Assembly: GCA_965223155.1 (NCBI GenBank)
Contig: CBDCVR010000013.1
Span: forward strand, 416,001-480,000
Direction of reading: 5' to 3'
Length of the DNA stretch: 64,000 bases
From: Candidatus Multivoradales bacterium
GTDB taxonomy: Bacteria > Acidobacteriota > Thermoanaerobaculia > Multivoradales > JAHEKO01
The position numbers and the translations under genes were made by a program. The notes below the pieces were generated by a model that searched no databases, was not told the DNA's origin, and saw only the letters and a list, made by a program, of their open reading frames with translations. Shown in pieces: positions 1-8,662 of the stretch (its first letter is position 1; every line of letters begins with the position of its first letter).

Positions 1-94
1 CGATCGGTCCATCGGGTGGAAAACGCTTTCCTGGTGAGCAGCTGCTCGCCGGGCGGGATCCTTGCCGACCGTCCTCACCCTTGCCACGGAGCGG

Positions 95-142
95 ATACAA
101 CATCTTGGGGCGCAACCGTTTGACGGCCCCAAGATCTAGGGG
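95..142. promoter_or_regulatory. Tandem NrdR-box-like operators
   Basis: atacaacatcttgggg (95-110) and ccccaagatctagggg (127-142) both fit the NrdR core CwAnATnTwG, with starts 32 bp apart. Confidence 0.7.
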
Positions 143-149
143 GTAGACT
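120..149 (+). promoter_or_regulatory. sigma70-type promoter for the small ORF at 157
   Basis: TTGACG (120-125), 18 nt spacer, TAGACT (144-149); ATG follows 7 nt later. Confidence 0.5.
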
Positions 150-156
150 TTTCCCG

Positions 157-363
157 ATGCATTGGCCGAGTTTTCTGGTTGGGCTCTTGGTCTTGCCCAC
201 CTTCGTGGTTGCGGCGGCACTGGCCCGGGCGATCGTGCAGTACCTTCGGCGCAACGGTTATCGGTTCACCGGGGCTCCCCGCCCTATCATCCGCGGCACT
301 GAGCCCCTGGAGTTCGAACCGAAGGTCATGGGCAACATTCACAGCAGCGGTACCGAGTCCTAG
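157..363 (+). CDS. Small single-pass membrane protein (68 aa), hypothetical
   Basis: N-terminal hydrophobic helix, GC-rich third codon positions, promoter-like sequence directly upstream. Confidence 0.55.
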   Translation: MHWPSFLVGLLVLPTFVVAAALARAIVQYLRRNGYRFTGAPRPIIRGTEPLEFEPKVMGNIHSSGTES

Positions 364-665
364 GCCCTGCTTCGGTAGCCGTCCCGGCGGCGCCTTGTGG
401 TGTCCCGCTCGGCTGCGGCCGGTGCTCCGGCGCCTGGCCGCGCAAGGCATGTCTCTCCGAGAGCGGCGGCTCTGAGCCGTGCGGCTAGAATCCGAGGACA
501 GTGCCTAGGACTGATCTGAAATTCCGGGCGCCCGTCCGGAATCGCCCGCAGTCGGCTAGTTGCAGGGCCGCCCGTGCCGAGTCGTCGCGCCGTCCGGAAC
601 TCGTGGTGGGCTGGGGCGGCGCTTCCCCGCGACCAGAGCCAGCGCGGTTCGCTTCACCCCTGTCG

Positions 666-2687
666 ATGGTCACCCCGGCCTTTTGCCCATCCCGGAGCAC
701 CACGTTCTCTTGGTTCGCGAAGCTTGCCGTCTTCCTCCTGGCACTCACCGTCGCCGCTTGTTCCCAGGAGCCGGAGCCCGAGGGCACGGTCGCGGTCAAC
801 ATGTACGACAACGGGTATTCGCCGCCCCGGGTCCGGATCCCGGTCGGCGGCCGCGTGGTCTTTCGCAACATGGGGCGGAACCAGCACCATGCCGTCGCGC
901 TCGACGAGTCCTGGTCGACCGAGGCCAGTCACGGAACGCTCATCATGGAGCGAGGGGAGAGCGCCGAGGTCACCTTCGAGTCACCCGGGGTCTACCCCTA
1001 CTACTGCACCTATCACGGCTCGCCCAAGGGCGATCGGGGCATGGTCGGCCTTGTCCTGGTTGGCGACGTCGCCGAGCCAGTGGCGGCTGGAGACGCCGGG
1101 GAGCACGCGGTCACAGCTCAAGCGAGCGCTCGGACGCTTCGCGTTCCCCAGGACTTTTCCAGAATCCAGCAGGCCGTCGACGCGGCGTTGCCCGGTGATC
1201 TGGTCCTCATCGACCGCGGTGTCTATGTCGAATCGGTGCGGGTGACCACCCCATCCGTGGTTCTTCGCGGTGTCGATCGCAACGAGGTCATCCTGGACGG
1301 AGACTTCCAGCTCGGCAACGGGGTTCTGATCCTGGCCGACGGGGTCGCGGTCGAGAATCTCACCGCGCGGCACTACACTCTCAACGGCTTCTACTGGACG
1401 GGCGTCACCGGCTACCGCGGGTCGCACCTCACCGCCTACAACAACGGCGACTACGGTATCTATGCCTTCGACTCGACCGACGGCCTGATCGAAGACTCCT
1501 ATGCCTCGGGTCACCCGGATGCGGGCTTCTACGTCGGCCAGTGCTACCCGTGCCGGGCCGTGCTGCGGCGACTCGTCGCCGAGAACAACGCCCTGGGCTA
1601 CTCCGGGACCAACGCCGGCGGCGAGCTCTACCTGGTCGATTCGATCTGGCGGGACAACCTTGCCGGCATCGTCCCGAATACGCTCGACACCGAACTGCTG
1701 CCACCCGAGCGCGAGACCACGATCGTCGGCAATGTCGTGATCGACAATGACAACCTCGGAGTGCCGGTCAAAGCCCTGGCCTGGCCGGCTCAGGGAACGG
1801 GCATCCTGATCGCCGGCGGGCGCGACAACCTCATCGAGCGCAATCTGATTGCGGGCCACCGCTATGGCGTGCTTCTGCTTCCCAGCAAGGACGATCGATT
1901 CTGGCCCGCGACCGGAAACCTCGTGCGAGACAATCGCTTCTCCGGCTCCAGGCAGGCGGACCTCGCCGAGGCAAGCCCCGGCGTGCGGGACAACTGCTTC
2001 GCCGGGAATCGCTTCGAGTCCTCGGCTCCGGCTCGGATCGAGACCCTCAAGCCCTGCCGGGCCGGAGGCTCGAGCTTCCGCTCGCGCCTGGACGCCAACC
2101 TCGTCCCGACTCTGACCGGCTTGATCCGTCAGCGCCAAGCTGCAGCCGGCCGCTACCGGAGCGGGGACTGGCGGAGGCAGGCCGAGCCACCGCTCCAGCC
2201 GAGCCTCGATGCCAGCGCGGCGGAGGCGGTGGCCGAGCCGGCGGTGGAGGTCTTCGCCCAGATCGATCTCGATTTGGAGGACATCCCGCTGCCCGAGCTC
2301 GAGACAGGGACACCGACCAATACCGGAACAACCTACGGAACCTACCGGCACGCTTCTCCGGGGGCGCGTCTCGGCGCTTTCCTCGAACGCTGGATCGCGC
2401 CCTTCGCGCCGGCGGGCCTGGCCCTTCTTTGGGCGGCTCTGGCCCTCATCCACTTTCGATCCGGGCGCAGGCGGGCGCGGGCGAGCGTTCGAGACCGCTC
2501 GGCACGGCTTCCGCGGGCCTGGTTGCTGGTAGTTCTCATCGTGCCCTGGCTCGGTGCGCTGGTGTTCCTGGCCTGCGGACGGGGCGGGCTCTCCCGTCAA
2601 GCCCGCTGGGGCACCGTCGCGGGAAGTCTCGTACTCCTTGCGCTCTGCCTGGCGATTCCGGTCGTCTCGGCTCTGGGCGGCTCATGA
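666..2687 (+). CDS. Lipoprotein with cupredoxin domain, right-handed parallel beta-helix (NosD-like) and C-terminal TM helices
   Basis: Lipobox VAAC; type-1 Cu ligands H...YYCTYH...M; repeated NxxxG beta-helix units; start uncertain (501 GTG or 666 ATG). Confidence 0.8.
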   Translation: MVTPAFCPSRSTTFSWFAKLAVFLLALTVAACSQEPEPEGTVAVNMYDNGYSPPRVRIPVGGRVVFRNMGRNQHHAVALDESWSTEASHGTLIMERGESAEVTFESPGVYPYYCTYHGSPKGDRGMVGLVLVGDVAEPVAAGDAGEHAVTAQASARTLRVPQDFSRIQQAVDAALPGDLVLIDRGVYVESVRVTTPSVVLRGVDRNEVILDGDFQLGNGVLILADGVAVENLTARHYTLNGFYWTGVTGYRGSHLTAYNNGDYGIYAFDSTDGLIEDSYASGHPDAGFYVGQCYPCRAVLRRLVAENNALGYSGTNAGGELYLVDSIWRDNLAGIVPNTLDTELLPPERETTIVGNVVIDNDNLGVPVKALAWPAQGTGILIAGGRDNLIERNLIAGHRYGVLLLPSKDDRFWPATGNLVRDNRFSGSRQADLAEASPGVRDNCFAGNRFESSAPARIETLKPCRAGGSSFRSRLDANLVPTLTGLIRQRQAAAGRYRSGDWRRQAEPPLQPSLDASAAEAVAEPAVEVFAQIDLDLEDIPLPELETGTPTNTGTTYGTYRHASPGARLGAFLERWIAPFAPAGLALLWAALALIHFRSGRRRARASVRDRSARLPRAWLLVVLIVPWLGALVFLACGRGGLSRQARWGTVAGSLVLLALCLAIPVVSALGGS

Positions 2688-3934
2688 GCGCCACCGGGAC
2701 GCGGCCCGAGGTCACCCTCCAGGACGTCCGTCGGCTTTGGTTCGCGCGGCAGGGGCTTTCCCAGCCGCGAGGCACAACGGCATTCGGAAAGCGGGCCTTC
2801 GTCGATCACCTGGAACGCACCGGCGCGCTCCAGGTCGACTCCGTCAACGTCGTCGATCGCGCCCACTATTTGACCCTCTGGAGCCGCTTCGGGGCCTACG
2901 ACCGCACGAGGGTCGATCGCTGGATCTACCGCGACCGCGCCGCTTATGAATACTGGGGGCACGAGGCCTCGATTCTGCCAATGGCGCACCTGCCGGTGAG
3001 CCGGCGCAGGATGCGACGCTTTCCGCCCGAGTCCTGGCGCAAGAGCGCCTGGTGGGAGCGGTTCGAAACACCCCTTGCCTCCAAGCGCCGCGTGCTGCGC
3101 CGGATTCGGGATGAAGGTCCGCTCGAGAGCATCGACTTCGAGCGCCGGAAGAACGAGCAGCAACCGAACGTGCCGGGCACCTGGGCGGGCGTCTACCCCA
3201 AAGAGGACAAGCGCACGCTCAAGCGACTCTGGCACGACGGCCGTCTGGCCGTCGCCAAGCGCAAGCACTTCCGCTGCGTCTACGACCTGGCCGATCGGGT
3301 CTATCCTGGCGGGGGCGCCCAGCCTGACGATGGCGTGTCCCCATTCGACATCGCCTCGAAAACTCAGTTCGAGGATAGCTGGCTTCTGGCCGCACTCTCG
3401 GGCAACGGCATCGTGAGCGAGAGACATGCCTTCAAGTACTTCACCTCTCCCGAGCTCAAGGCGGCCGAGCGGCGCCGGGTTCTGGCTCGCAATCTCAAGA
3501 AGGGAACCATTGTCGAGGTAGCGATCCGGGACGCGCCCGAGTTGCCCGGCCCCTGGTACGCGCGGCCCGGAGATCTAGAAAGACTCGCTGAACTGCCCGA
3601 GCCGGAGGGCACCAACCTCCTCTGCCCCTTCGACTCGTTCCTCTGGCAGCGCCAGCGCGCGGCCGACCTCCTGGACTTCCACTACCGAATCGAGATCTAC
3701 GTCCCCGCCGCCAAGCGCCAGTACGGCTACTACGTCCTGCCCATCCTCCACGGCGGCCGCCTCGTCGGCCGCCTCGATCCCAAACTTCATCGCGACCGGG
3801 ACGAGCTCGAAATCAAGTCCCTCCACTGGGAGCCCGGTATCAGGCCGGATTCGAAGCTCCGGCAGGGTCTCGTGGGAGCGCTCGAGGATCTGGGAGAGTT
3901 TCTGGGGGCGCGCAAGGTGACGGCGTGCATCTGA
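2684..3934 (+). CDS. YcaQ/AlkZ-family (HTH_42) crosslink-repair DNA glycosylase
   Basis: LQVDSVNVV (QxD motif), EYWGHEAS, LLCPFD, YRIEIYVP..KRQYGYYVLP; ATGA overlap with the upstream gene. Confidence 0.85.
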   Translation: MSATGTRPEVTLQDVRRLWFARQGLSQPRGTTAFGKRAFVDHLERTGALQVDSVNVVDRAHYLTLWSRFGAYDRTRVDRWIYRDRAAYEYWGHEASILPMAHLPVSRRRMRRFPPESWRKSAWWERFETPLASKRRVLRRIRDEGPLESIDFERRKNEQQPNVPGTWAGVYPKEDKRTLKRLWHDGRLAVAKRKHFRCVYDLADRVYPGGGAQPDDGVSPFDIASKTQFEDSWLLAALSGNGIVSERHAFKYFTSPELKAAERRRVLARNLKKGTIVEVAIRDAPELPGPWYARPGDLERLAELPEPEGTNLLCPFDSFLWQRQRAADLLDFHYRIEIYVPAAKRQYGYYVLPILHGGRLVGRLDPKLHRDRDELEIKSLHWEPGIRPDSKLRQGLVGALEDLGEFLGARKVTACI

Positions 3935-4277
3935 CCCTCTGGGCGTATGCGGCTACTGGCCTCCTTGGCCTGCTGGACGCGTTTTCCTCGCGGGCCACAG
4001 AGCTGCCCCAGAAGACACGCCTTCTTCTCATCGTCCTCTTCGCCCTCGGATTTCTTCGCTTGATGGTCCCGGCCATCATCGAAACGCACTTCGGCCAGGG
4101 CCAGCGTGTCGCCATGGGGCTCGTCGCAGGGCTTCGATGTCCGCCGTGCTGTTCTGGGCTCGGCGGCCACGAGAGGAGTAGCGATCCATGCGCCAATCGA
4201 TGCTAGCCAAGGCCTCCCCTGGAGGGCCTTGCAGAATGTGGGAAACCTTGGAAGGCAGTCGCACTAGGGCGAAACGC

Positions 4278-4311
4278 TTGAGAGCGAACTACAAAATAAG
4301 TACAATGTAGT
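4278..4311 (+). promoter_or_regulatory. TA operon promoter with inverted-repeat operator
   Basis: TTGAGA-17-TACAAT (4278-4306); inverted repeat ACTACA (4288-4293) / TGTAGT (4306-4311) overlaps it. Confidence 0.65.
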
Positions 4312-4312
4312 C

Positions 4313-4609
4313 GTGACCGGCCTGCGCCTCGAATGGGACGACACCAAGAGCGCATCCAACCTCCGCAAGCACGGCGTCTCCTTCGAGGAAGCTGCGACGG
4401 TCTTCTACGATGAGAGTGCACTCTTCATGGCCGACCCAGATCACTCAGAGACGGAAGAACGCTTCATCCTCCTGGGTATGAGCTTCAGACCGCGAGTTCT
4501 CGTCGTCTGCCACTGCTACCGGGGCAGGGAAGACACCATTCGGATCATTTCCGCGCGAAAGGCAGATCGCTCGGAGCGAGGGCAGTACAGTCGGAGACGA
4601 AGAAAATGA
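4313..4609 (+). CDS. brnT: BrnT-family toxin
   Basis: EWDDTKSASNLRKHGVSFEEA...EERF...IRIISARKA signature. Confidence 0.92.
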   Translation: MTGLRLEWDDTKSASNLRKHGVSFEEAATVFYDESALFMADPDHSETEERFILLGMSFRPRVLVVCHCYRGREDTIRIISARKADRSERGQYSRRRRK

Positions 4610-4824
4610 GGGCAAGTTACGACTTTTCCAAGGCGCGAAGGAACCCTTACGCCAAGCGGCTCAAGAAGCAGGTGACGATTCGGCTCGATGCGCCGACACT
4701 GGACTACTTCAGGGATCTTTCGGAGGAGATCGGTGTTCCCTACCAGACGCTTATCAACCTGTACCTGCGAGAATGCGTCGTAGAGGGCAAGCGGCCGTCC
4801 TTGGCGTGGACGCCAAACGGCTAG
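4606..4824 (+). CDS. brnA: BrnA-family antitoxin (ribbon-helix-helix)
   Basis: YDFSKARRNPY..KKQVTIRLD..GVPYQTLINLYLRE; ATGA overlap with the toxin. Confidence 0.9.
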   Translation: MRASYDFSKARRNPYAKRLKKQVTIRLDAPTLDYFRDLSEEIGVPYQTLINLYLRECVVEGKRPSLAWTPNG

Positions 4825-5145
4825 GGGCGCTTCCAGATCTTGCAGCACTCCTCGCTCACCTGTGGCCCCCCCAGGCGATACCCCGTTGTCACCGGACACC
4901 CGCTTGCGCTTAGGATGTCGCTTGTGCAAGAGCTCGAAGGCGACATGGGCGAAGATCAGAGCCCAGGTGATGACCAGCTTCTCGACAAGGCTCTCGACAC
5001 CAAGCCACTCCAGCGGGTAGCTAGTGATTTCGGTGACTGGATCCGATGCCGTTGTAGGACGTACCAGCAAGATCTACCGGTCGAGGGATCGGTTTCCTGT
5101 CACCGAAATCCTGCGACCCGATCGGCCTCTGCCGCGGGAGAGGTG

Positions 5146-5220
5146 TGGAGGCGACGGTCGGAATCGAACCGACGAATGAGGGTTTTGCAGACCCTTGCCT
5201 TACCACTTGGCTACGTCGCC
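5146..5220 (-). tRNA. tRNA-Cys (GCA)
   Basis: Reverse complement GGCGACGTAGCCAAGTGGTAAGGC..CTGCAAA..GGTTCGATTCC..GCCTCCA forms a cloverleaf with encoded CCA. Confidence 0.97.
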
Positions 5221-5375
5221 GTGTCCCGGTCGCTAGCGGCCGCGGGAGGCGGCTTGTCCATTCTATCCGGTCCTCGCCGAGGACGCTGGCGGGTGTCAAG
5301 TTCCCGAATCGATCCGGGCCTTGTCCCGGAATTGGCTTTGAACTTGGTCCGAGTCCGGCCCGGAATTGGATCGAA

Positions 5376-5450
5376 TGGAGCGGGAAACGGGATTCGAACC
5401 CGCGACCCCAACCTTGGCAAGGTTGTGCTCTACCACTGAGCTATTCCCGC
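5376..5450 (-). tRNA. tRNA-Gly (GCC)
   Basis: Reverse complement GCGGGAATAGCTCAGTGGTAGAGC..TTGCCAA..GGTTCGAATCCCG..CTCCA. Confidence 0.97.
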
Positions 5451-5465
5451 GCCCCAAGGGTGCGA

Positions 5466-5494
5466 AGAATACGAGCGCACCGGGGGGATGTCAA
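5466..5494 (-). promoter_or_regulatory. sigma70 promoter of the tRNA-Gly/tRNA-Cys pair
   Basis: TTGACA-17-TATTCT on the minus strand just upstream of tRNA-Gly. Confidence 0.7.
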
Positions 5495-5501
5495 GGTGCG
5501 G

Positions 5502-5921
5502 TCAGGGCAGGGAAAACGCGTCTCGCAAGAGTGTAAAGCGCCAGCCTGTGCCCTGCCGGTCGAGGGCCAGAACGTCGAAGCGGCACGGCCCGTTCCAGGC
5601 GTTGCGGGCGAGAAAGAGACTCGCCGCCGTGGCGATCCGCTCCTGCTTGTCAGGCGTGACCGATCCGATCGCCGGGCCGTAGGCGTCGGAGCGCCGGGCC
5701 TTGATCTCGACGAAGCACAGGACGTCCGGGTCGCTTCGCCCGCCCTCCTCTACCGCGATGACGTCGATCTCGGCAATCCTAGCCTGGAAGTTGGTTGCGA
5801 CGACGCGATAGCCATGCCGTTCGAGCCAGCGAACGGCCTCCGCTTCGGCCAGGCTGCCCTTGGCCCGTGTGTGGCCGGCGCGCTCGAAGGCTCGGCCGCA
5901 CAGAAATTTCCTAGGACCCAC
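5502..5921 (-). CDS. yraN: YraN (UPF0102) family putative nuclease
   Basis: G..AE..A..WL...GY..V..N, EIDVIA, FVEIKAR, SVTPDKQ, CRFDV. Confidence 0.9.
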   Translation of the reverse strand: MGPRKFLCGRAFERAGHTRAKGSLAEAEAVRWLERHGYRVVATNFQARIAEIDVIAVEEGGRSDPDVLCFVEIKARRSDAYGPAIGSVTPDKQERIATAASLFLARNAWNGPCRFDVLALDRQGTGWRFTLLRDAFSLP

Positions 5922-6023
5922 ATCCGAAAGGACGCGCTCCTGCGTTGCGATCTGACAGTGGAGACTTCGCGGTAGCCGACCCGAGCCTTGGTGTCGGCTG
6001 ATACCCGCCTTCCCCGCTGGCCG

Positions 6024-7508
6024 CTAGCGCCGCTTCCAGCGCGTGCCCTGGGGAGTGTCTTCGAGGACGATGCCGGCGGCGGTCAACTGATCGCGGATCT
6101 CGTCCGAGCGGGCAAAGTCCTTGGCTTTGCGGGCAGCGGTGCGCTCCGCGATCAGGTCCTCGATCTCCTGCTCCGCCAAGCCGTCCGACTCGCTGGTGTC
6201 CGAGTCACCCTGCCAAGATTCCGGATCGAGGACGCCAAGGACGGTGTCGGCTTCGGCCAGGGCGGCAAGGATCCTCTCGCGGTCCCCGGCCCCGAGTCCT
6301 TCCCCATCAATCGTCGTGTTGACGGCGCGGACGAAATCGAAGACCGCGGCGAAGGCCTTGGGGGTGTTGAGGTCCGCGGCCAGAGCGCCGGAGAAGGCGT
6401 CTTCGAAGGTTTCGATGGCGTCCGTAATCGCCTTGCGCTCGGAACTTCCCTCGCCGAGGGCGGTTCCGGCATGCGCCAGACGGAAGCGCATCTCGTCGAT
6501 CCGGCCGAGAGCCGCGGCCGCATCTTCGAGCGAGCGGAAGGTGAAGTTGAGCTTGGTCTTGTAGTGGACCGAGGCGAAGAGGTAGCGCAGAGCTCGTGGC
6601 GCGACATCCCGTTCCAACAGATCGTCCAGCGTGTAGAAGTTGCCGAGGGACTTCGACATCTTCTCGCCGTCCACGATCAAGTGCTCGGCATGGACCCAGT
6701 GCCGGGCGAAGGGCTTGCCGGTCGCGGTCTCGCTCTGGGCGATCTCGTTTTCGTGGTGCGGGAAGATGTTGTCCACGCCGCCGCAGTGAATGTCGAAGCT
6801 CTCGCCCAGGTACTTCATCGCCATCGCCGAGCACTCGAGGTGCCAGCCCGGCCGTCCGGCGCCCCAAGGTGAGTCCCACTGGGGCTCGCCCGGCTTGGCG
6901 CCTTTCCAGAGGACGAAATCGCGAGCGTCTTCCTTGCCGTATTCGTCGGAGGCGACGCGCTCACCCACCCTGACCTCGTCCAGGTCGAAGCCTGAAAGCT
7001 TGCCGTAGTCCTCGTCCTCGCGGATGCGGAAGAAGACCGAATCGTCCTGCCGGTAGGCGGCGCCGGTCTCGAACAACCGCTCGATCAGGGCGATCATCTC
7101 GGGAACGTGCTCGGTGGCCCGCGGGTACTCCTCGGCACGCTCCACGTGGAGGGTATCCAGGGACTCGAAGAAGGCTTCGATGAAAGGAGCGGTGTAGGCG
7201 CCGAGCTCGACTCCTTGTTCGGCGGCCCGGGCGATGGTCTTGTCGTCGACGTCGGTCAGGTTCATGACCTGGACGACCTCGTAGCCCAGATAGCGCAGCG
7301 TCCGCCGCAGGATGTCCTCGAAGAGGAAGGTGCGCAGGTTCCCGATGTGCGGGCGGTCGTAGACCGTGGGTCCGCAGGTGTAGACGCGAACCGCGGGGCG
7401 CCCGCAGGAATCGGAGTCCTTCCCGCGTTCGGAGCCGACCGGGTCGAGGGCTTCCAGCCGCCGCCCGAGGGTGTTGTAGAGCTCGAGCCGCGGCCTCGTG
7501 CGGCTCAG
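6024..7508 (-). CDS. cysS: Cysteine--tRNA ligase, probable CTG start
   Basis: Frame stays open upstream of the 7265 ATG and encodes LYNTLGR..YTCGPTVYDRPHIGNLR (HIGH motif); GRPGWHLEC and KMSKS lie downstream. Confidence 0.93.
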   Translation of the reverse strand: MSRTRPRLELYNTLGRRLEALDPVGSERGKDSDSCGRPAVRVYTCGPTVYDRPHIGNLRTFLFEDILRRTLRYLGYEVVQVMNLTDVDDKTIARAAEQGVELGAYTAPFIEAFFESLDTLHVERAEEYPRATEHVPEMIALIERLFETGAAYRQDDSVFFRIREDEDYGKLSGFDLDEVRVGERVASDEYGKEDARDFVLWKGAKPGEPQWDSPWGAGRPGWHLECSAMAMKYLGESFDIHCGGVDNIFPHHENEIAQSETATGKPFARHWVHAEHLIVDGEKMSKSLGNFYTLDDLLERDVAPRALRYLFASVHYKTKLNFTFRSLEDAAAALGRIDEMRFRLAHAGTALGEGSSERKAITDAIETFEDAFSGALAADLNTPKAFAAVFDFVRAVNTTIDGEGLGAGDRERILAALAEADTVLGVLDPESWQGDSDTSESDGLAEQEIEDLIAERTAARKAKDFARSDEIRDQLTAAGIVLEDTPQGTRWKRR

Positions 7509-8134
7509 AGCTTGACCTCGACCGAGCCCGCGATCCAGTCGGTCGCTTCGATCACGTTGCCCTCGGAGTCGACCGCGTTGTTGGAGCGGAACCGGAAGGC
7601 ACCGTCGCCCGCCTTGCCACCGTTTCGGAACCGGATCGTGAAGAGCACGCCGGAGCCGTCGACCCCCGCCCTGTTGCCGATGCGCGAGATGCCGATCACC
7701 AGGGTGTCCCCCTGCCGCTTGACCAGGATCTCGGGCTCGACACCTCCGGCCTCCAGAAACGAGCCCACGTCGACGCCGTTTCGACGAAACGTCAACAGGT
7801 CCTCAGGGAACTCCAGATCGAAGCTCACGCCGTAGAGATCCGTAACCTGGCTGGCGCGAACCTCGAGGGTGAAGTCGGAGGTCGTGTCCGCCGTGTCGTT
7901 GCCGTCGAGGTGAATCGTGTCGCTCCCCGGTGCGCCGTTGGGGGTAAAGAGGATCCCTTGAGCCGGCGGCGGAGGTGGCGGCGGGGGGCCGGGCGGCGGC
8001 GGAGCGGTCGGACTGCCGCCACCTCCCCCTCCGCAAGCGGCCACGAGGGCGGCCACCAGCAGCACCAGCAAAGCCACCGCGCGCGTGTTATCTGTTCCGA
8101 AAACTCCGAATCGATCGTGTTGCCGTCGTCTCAC
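7505..8134 (-). CDS. Lipoprotein with Gly/Pro linker and cohesin-like beta-sandwich
   Basis: Lipobox VAAC, polyproline linker, LYGVSFDL..GVDGSGVLFTIRF cohesin-like pattern. Confidence 0.7.
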   Translation of the reverse strand: MRRRQHDRFGVFGTDNTRAVALLVLLVAALVAACGGGGGGSPTAPPPPGPPPPPPPPAQGILFTPNGAPGSDTIHLDGNDTADTTSDFTLEVRASQVTDLYGVSFDLEFPEDLLTFRRNGVDVGSFLEAGGVEPEILVKRQGDTLVIGISRIGNRAGVDGSGVLFTIRFRNGGKAGDGAFRFRSNNAVDSEGNVIEATDWIAGSVEVKL

Positions 8135-8137
8135 CCT

Positions 8138-8662
8138 CTAGGCTCCTGTGGGCACGAGTTGCTCGTCCCGTAGTTTTCGTAAATGTCGCTTGGCCTTCTC
8201 GCGGCGAAGTCCGCGCAGCCGATCCACGAAGAGGATCCCGTCCAGGTGATCCACTTCGTGGCAGATGGCCCGGGCCAGGAAGTCCTCTGCCTCGAATTCC
8301 ATGATCTCGCCCTGTAAGGACTGGGCGCGGACGTGGATCCAGGTCGGACGGTCAACCTTTTCGGTCAGGCCGTTGATCGAGAGGCAGCCTTCCAAATCCT
8401 TCTCCGAGCCGCTGCCGTCCAGGATCTCCGGATTCACCAGTACCAGGAGCGCGTCTTCCTCTTCGCCGACGGTCACGTCCACCACCGCGATGCGGCGAGC
8501 GACGCCCACCTGCGGCCCGGCGAGACCGACTCCCGGCGCCGAGTACATGGTCTCGACCATGTCGGCGGCCAGGCGCGTGAGCCCGTCATCGAAGGCCTCG
8601 ACCCGCCGGCACTCTTCCCGCAGCACCGGATCGGGATACTGCCGGATCTCGAGAACGCTCAC
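8138..8662 (-). CDS. def: Peptide deformylase
   Basis: GVGLAGPQVG, EGCLS and HEVDHLDG motifs. Confidence 0.96.
   Translation of the reverse strand: MSVLEIRQYPDPVLREECRRVEAFDDGLTRLAADMVETMYSAPGVGLAGPQVGVARRIAVVDVTVGEEEDALLVLVNPEILDGSGSEKDLEGCLSINGLTEKVDRPTWIHVRAQSLQGEIMEFEAEDFLARAICHEVDHLDGILFVDRLRGLRREKAKRHLRKLRDEQLVPTGA

Noticed and set aside
3935-4300. att-site duplication of the tRNA-Cys 3' end
   Set aside because: No copy of the tRNA 3' sequence was found by eye, and no integrase is present
5260-5299. Separate promoter for tRNA-Cys (TTGACA...TAGAAT)
   Set aside because: The spacer is 28 nt, too long for one sigma70 promoter
4840-5975. ORFs 4840-5439 and 5145-5975 on the plus strand
   Set aside because: They are antisense shadows over two tRNA genes and yraN
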